From the NCBI GenBank assembly GCA_964389205.1, contig CAYMDH010000003.1:55702-119701 (forward strand): a stretch of DNA of 64,000 bases. The letters are read 5' to 3'. The translations under genes were made by a program, and so were the position numbers. Positions 59,814 through 64,000 of the stretch are shown here, piece by piece (the stretch's first letter is position 1; every line of letters begins with the position of its first letter). Under the pieces are notes generated by a model, which made no database searches, had not been told where the DNA came from, and saw only the letters and a list, made by a program, of their open reading frames with translations. The stretch is from an uncultured Flavobacteriaceae bacterium (lineage in GTDB: Bacteria; Bacteroidota; Bacteroidia; Flavobacteriales; Flavobacteriaceae).

Positions 59814-59827
59814 ACTTCTATTCATTT
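59814..59827. repeat. right copy of the 14-bp direct repeat ACTTCTATTCATTT
   Basis: Identical to 57420-57433. Confidence 0.9.
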
Positions 59828-59889
59828 CCTCATTATAGATAATTAATAGTTTATTTTCTTGTTATCTTTTTAAGAATAAAAGAAACGTT

Positions 59890-60657
59890 TTACAAATTAA
59901 TTATCCTTCTAACCCCAATAAAAATTAAAATAAAAGAAGAATATCCTATAAAAAAAGGTACAACATAATGTTCTAAATGAAAAGCAAATAAAATTGCAAT
60001 TATTAATAATTGAAAACCAAGTCCAAAAGTAGAAACAGCAGTCATAAACCAATTAGGAAATTTTTTTCCTTTAACAGCACTTTTGTCTAGATAACAAATA
60101 ATTTTATCAAAAGCTCCGTATAAAATATAGTATAATTTAAATAAAATAGTAACGTATTTCTGTTTTTCCCCCTTCATGGCTATAGGAACTTTATCTTCAA
60201 AAACTCTACTGGTAGTATCGCCATTGTATTTATTTCTTAAAATCACATAATAATAGTTATAGAGCGTACCTTGAAGCTGAATTCCAAAAAAAGCAATAAA
60301 CATGTATAGTATAGAAACTTCTGTAATATGCCATATGGTAAGAAGAATTAAAAAATTTAAAATAATATCTGATACAGAATCTAAGTAACGACCTGTATAA
60401 GAAGGTGTGTTTTTAATTCGTGCTAACTCACCATCAGCAGCATCTAAAATAGATTTGAGAATTAAAAAAAAAGCAGAAGCCCAATATAACTCATTAAGAA
60501 TACAAATAATAGAGATAATGCCAGAAATTATAAAACTTATAGTGATATGTATAGGCGTAGTTGTTGTATTTTTAAGTGATTTGGCTATTAAACGAGCAAT
60601 TGGTCTTCCATAATCGGATAAATCTATAAATTGATTATTCTTAGGTAATTTAGACAT
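59890..60657 (-). CDS. CDP-alcohol phosphatidyltransferase family protein
   Basis: Signature DGx2ARx8Gx3Dx3D is present as DAADGELARIKNTPSYTGRYLDSVSDIILN. Polytopic membrane protein. Confidence 0.85.
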   Translation of the reverse strand: MSKLPKNNQFIDLSDYGRPIARLIAKSLKNTTTTPIHITISFIISGIISIICILNELYWASAFFLILKSILDAADGELARIKNTPSYTGRYLDSVSDIILNFLILLTIWHITEVSILYMFIAFFGIQLQGTLYNYYYVILRNKYNGDTTSRVFEDKVPIAMKGEKQKYVTILFKLYYILYGAFDKIICYLDKSAVKGKKFPNWFMTAVSTFGLGFQLLIIAILFAFHLEHYVVPFFIGYSSFILIFIGVRRIINL

Positions 60658-60895
60658 CCAATTTTATCACTTAATAAATATAAAAAACATTTTTAGTTGA
60701 TATACCAAAAGTAACCAAACTTACTAGCCCCGGCAATTAATAATTTATTAAAATAAAAATAAGACTTAATTAACGTAGAGTTATTTTTAATAGGTGGTTA
60801 TTATTTTTTTACATTTTATCGATTAATATTTATCTTTTGTAGTTAAATAGTCTCTAAAATGTAGTCTAAAGTTGTTGTTTTTATATATTAGTAAT

Positions 60896-63800
60896 ATGAA
60901 AAATATTTTATCAGTACTTATACTATTTAATCTTACATTTATTATAGCTCAAAGTAAAATTGAAAATAATGATTATGATTATATAGTTGAAAATATAAGA
61001 CAATTTGCTAATAATGATGATTATGATAGTATCATAAAAGAAATAGATAAATTGAGTGAAAATGACTCAGCTTATTATGATCTTTTAATTACTAAGTCAT
61101 ATTATTTGATGCAACAAAAAAAATATGAAGAAGCTATTAAAATTACAAACAAAGGGCTTAAAGAAGCTCGATATACACCAAAATATTCTTTTTACATTAA
61201 TAAAGGAGTTTCTTTAAGAAGCCTTAAGAAGTATGACGATGCATTAAAATTGTATAATGAAGCATTAAAAATATACCCTAAAAATCATATTTTTAATTAT
61301 AATAAAGGATTGATTTTTGAAGCACAAGGAGCTTATAATAAAGCTATTGAATCGTATCAAAAGACGATAGCACTGAATCCATTTTATGCTAATAGTCATT
61401 TAAAACTAGGAAATCTTTTCTATAGAAAACGACTTATATCACAGGCACTCATGTGTTTTAATGTTTACTTGATATTAAACCCAGAGGGAGAGGCTGCATT
61501 TAATGTGTTAAACTCATTAAATAAAGCAGTATCTGCCAGTAATCAAAGTGATGAAATAAAAGGCGGTTTAATATCTTCTGAAGACAATGAAAGCTTTGAA
61601 GATTTAGACTTGTTAATAGATAATAGAATTGCTTTGAATGAAGAGTATAAAACCTCAAATGAAATTAATATTGCCTTTACAAAGCAAAATCATTTGTTGT
61701 TAAATCAACTTGTCGAGATATCAGGAAATGGTGGCTTTTGGGCTAAACGATACTTGCCTTTATATAAGTGGATTATGACTAATGATCTATTTGATGCGTT
61801 CATTTATACTACAACATATTCTATTAAGAATGAGAAGTATAAAAAAATAGTTGAAAAAAAAGTACCAGAGATTAAGTCATTTATATCTTCATTTAAAGAA
61901 GTTTTAGGAAAAACAATGAGTGAATGGGAATATGCCGTAGATGGTGTAAAAAAAACACTTACACATTATTTCGATGAAGAAAAGTTTTATGGAATAGGAA
62001 TAATGAAATCAGAAAATTTCATTGGAAAATGGGAGTTTTATAATAAACATGGACGATTAATTACAACGGGGAATTTTGATGAAAATGGAGAGAGAAAAGG
62101 AAATTGGGTTTGGTTAGATAGTTTCGGTAAAAAAGAAGAAGAAGGAACATACTTGGCAGGAAAAGTAACAGATATTTACAAAGAATACTTTTCTAATGGA
62201 AAGTTACAATATTCAACTACTTATTCAAATGGAATTGTAAATGGAGAGTTTAAAGCTTATAACATTAAAGGTGCACTTATTGAAAAAAAGAATTTTAAAG
62301 AAGGAAAATTGGATGGAGCATATCAATCGTTTTATGAAGTTGGAGAGTCCAGTCCTAGCTCTAAAGTTATTTATGAAAATGGAGAAGCTGTAGGTAAAGC
62401 TCAACAATTTTACCCTAATGGAACTTTAAAGTTTGAAGTAAACTTTGTAAATGGATTAAGAGAAGGTATAGAAAAAAACTATTTTGATGATGGAAAATTA
62501 TTAAATGAAATCCCATACATAAATGGAGACTATAATGGGCTTTATAAACAGTACCATCACAATGGAGTAATTGAAGAAGAAGGGCAAGCTAAAGATGGGG
62601 CTAATGTTGGAGAATGGAAAGAGTATTATACAAATGGTATTTTATCAAGAAAATATAATTATAATAAAGGGATGCTTAATGGGCTATATCATGATAATAA
62701 TTATCAGGGAAAACCGTATTCTGATTTTGTTTATAGAAATGGAGAAATTATAGAATACACGTATTTTGATAAAGAAGGAAGTATTATTAAGACAGCTAGA
62801 AAAAAAGGAGGAGAATTTCTCTACGAAGGTTATTCTATAGACGGAAATAAGATATCAGAAGGCTTATATAATATTAAAGGAGGAAAAAAAGGTGCTTGGA
62901 AATTTTACACTAATAATGGAGTCCTAAGTGGTGAAGGTAATTATGAAGATGATAAAATATTAGGGGTTTATACTAATTATCATACAAATGGAAAAATTAG
63001 TAATAGGGTAGGTTACAAGAATGATTCTGTAACTGGATATTATGAAAACTATTATAAATGGGGGCAGTTAGAACAGCAAGGTTGGTATAGAGATAATGCA
63101 TCTTCAGGAATATGGAAATCATATTATCCAGATGGTACTTTAAAAGAGGAAGATTATTATCATAAAGGAAAATTACATGGAAATCAAAAATCATTTACCG
63201 CAAAAGGCAAACTTTACTTGGTTTCTCTATATCAATATGGTGAGTTAATAAGAGAAAGTTATTATGATGATAAAGGAGTATTTCTTGAAGAGATAAGTTT
63301 TTTAGACCAAGGCATTACTGCCAGAACAACTCTAAAACATTCTAATGGAAAACCATATATTAATGTTGATTATAAAAATGGAGTTAAACAGGGGAAATAT
63401 GAAGAATTTGATTTTTATGGAACTAAAATAATAGATGGACATTATTTAAATGGGAAACCTCATGGTGATTGGAAGTGGTATTATCCAAATGGAGCCTTAC
63501 GCATTACTGGGTCTGTAATAAACGATAAGTATCATGGAGAATGGACTAAATATTATAAAGATGGACAACTCCAAGATAAATATTCCTATGTTTTAGGAGC
63601 TCTAAATGGGGTATGGGAATCTTATTATAAAGATGGTACTATAGAAGACACCATAGAATACACAAATAACCTTATCCATGGAAAGCGAGCATTTTATAGC
63701 CCTGAAGGAAAACTTCAAATTATTAGATATTATGAATATGGACGTTTAATAGGGTATAGCTATAATACTAAAGAAGGAAAAATACTTCCAATGATTCCTG

Positions 63801-64000
63801 TCAAAAATGAAACGGTAAAGATCATTACTTATTATGATAATGGTAAAAAAGCCAGAGAAATGGAAATGAAAAATGGAGAGTGGGTAGGTACTTATAAAGC
63901 TTATTATTATTCTGGCACGCTACATAAAGAACATACTTATGTAGATAATAATACACACGGAGGTGCTATAATATACTACCCTAATGGAGGAGTTAAAGAA
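60896..64000 (+). CDS. large secreted TPR + MORN-variant (MORN_2 / YwqK-like) repeat protein, 3' end beyond the window
   Basis: Not in the ORF track because no stop occurs before nt 64000. Hand translation from the ATG at 60896 gives a signal peptide, TPR repeats (AIESYQKTIALNPFYANSHLKLGNLF), then dozens of about 23-aa repeats of the type G.W..YY.NG.L..E..Y.NG..HG. The frame was checked at 61382 and at the window end (YYPNGGVKE). Confidence 0.8.
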   Translation, partial: MKNILSVLILFNLTFIIAQSKIENNDYDYIVENIRQFANNDDYDSIIKEIDKLSENDSAYYDLLITKSYYLMQQKKYEEAIKITNKGLKEARYTPKYSFYINKGVSLRSLKKYDDALKLYNEALKIYPKNHIFNYNKGLIFEAQGAYNKAIESYQKTIALNPFYANSHLKLGNLFYRKRLISQALMCFNVYLILNPEGEAAFNVLNSLNKAVSASNQSDEIKGGLISSEDNESFEDLDLLIDNRIALNEEYKTSNEINIAFTKQNHLLLNQLVEISGNGGFWAKRYLPLYKWIMTNDLFDAFIYTTTYSIKNEKYKKIVEKKVPEIKSFISSFKEVLGKTMSEWEYAVDGVKKTLTHYFDEEKFYGIGIMKSENFIGKWEFYNKHGRLITTGNFDENGERKGNWVWLDSFGKKEEEGTYLAGKVTDIYKEYFSNGKLQYSTTYSNGIVNGEFKAYNIKGALIEKKNFKEGKLDGAYQSFYEVGESSPSSKVIYENGEAVGKAQQFYPNGTLKFEVNFVNGLREGIEKNYFDDGKLLNEIPYINGDYNGLYKQYHHNGVIEEEGQAKDGANVGEWKEYYTNGILSRKYNYNKGMLNGLYHDNNYQGKPYSDFVYRNGEIIEYTYFDKEGSIIKTARKKGGEFLYEGYSIDGNKISEGLYNIKGGKKGAWKFYTNNGVLSGEGNYEDDKILGVYTNYHTNGKISNRVGYKNDSVTGYYENYYKWGQLEQQGWYRDNASSGIWKSYYPDGTLKEEDYYHKGKLHGNQKSFTAKGKLYLVSLYQYGELIRESYYDDKGVFLEEISFLDQGITARTTLKHSNGKPYINVDYKNGVKQGKYEEFDFYGTKIIDGHYLNGKPHGDWKWYYPNGALRITGSVINDKYHGEWTKYYKDGQLQDKYSYVLGALNGVWESYYKDGTIEDTIEYTNNLIHGKRAFYSPEGKLQIIRYYEYGRLIGYSYNTKEGKILPMIPVKNETVKIITYYDNGKKAREMEMKNGEWVGTYKAYYYSGTLHKEHTYVDNNTHGGAIIYYPNGGVKE

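Larger units (their letters stand above)
57420..59827. mobile_element. putative degraded accessory/mobile islet bounded by the 14-bp direct repeats (no integrase present)
   Basis: It contains gene remnants, an HTH-Fic pair typical of mobile DNA, and an orphan toxin-tail/immunity-like pair. Perfect direct repeats sit at both ends. Confidence 0.4.

Noticed and set aside
59615-59815. A 66-aa minus-strand ORF in the spacer after the immunity-like gene.
   Set aside because: It starts with GTG inside the right direct repeat, overlaps the 3' end of 59214..59642 and the hairpin at 59709-59736, and has an AT-driven composition with no motif.
62225-63194. Three 60-65-aa ORFs (62225 minus, 62571 plus, 62997 minus).
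   Set aside because: They lie inside the long MORN-repeat reading frame that stays open from 60896 to the window end.
1-64000. I looked for CRISPR arrays, tRNA/rRNA genes, and transposase or integrase genes.
   Set aside because: No regularly spaced 25-40-bp repeats, no tRNA-like GGTTCGAATCC-type arms, and no recombinase motifs were recognised by eye. A tRNAscan, Rfam or ISfinder run could still find something I missed.

Overview
This is a low-GC, gene-dense chromosomal segment that looks like a Flavobacteriia (Bacteroidota) genome. Supporting signs are CarboxypepD_reg-type TonB receptors, TPR-anchored histidine kinases, DUF4834, MORN-variant repeat proteins and TAnnTTTG-type -7 promoter boxes. 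All calls come from reading the sequence and the ORF track by eye. No database or folding tool was run, so family names rest on recognised motifs, and transcript ends are approximate.

Most of the window is housekeeping:
- A dispersed menaquinone cluster: menF' (partial), menD, menB, menA, menC, menE.
- ettA, fumC, and prfB with its programmed +1 frameshift.
- A methylcrotonyl/propionyl-CoA carboxyltransferase subunit, several peptidases, and a YfhO/GT4/flippase glycan operon.

No rRNA, tRNA, CRISPR array, transposase or integrase was recognised.

The most interesting signals are:
1. A 780-bp non-coding gap (8040-8823) lies between a LytTR response regulator and a TPR/HisKA_2 kinase. It holds three identically built modules: two 9-bp direct repeats 21 bp apart, followed by a -7 box after exactly 28 further nt. 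Two modules head roughly 100-nt terminator-capped units with no ORF (candidate sRNAs), and the third heads the kinase gene. This resembles an Agr P2/P3-RNAIII arrangement.
2. Three adjacent genes (CBS-like PLP enzyme, SDR, AONS-family acyltransferase; 44.5-48.1 kb) match the enzyme classes of the capnine/sulfonolipid pathway.
3. A 2.4-kb accessory islet (57.42-59.83 kb) is bracketed by a perfect 14-bp direct repeat. It carries an ATPase remnant, an HTH-Fic pair of the 'mobile mystery protein A/B' type, and a start-less toxin-like tail followed by a small immunity-like ORF.
4. A secreted protein has an extremely Arg/Ser/Thr/Asn/Tyr-rich sequence.
5. A STAS-like gene is split by an in-frame TAA.
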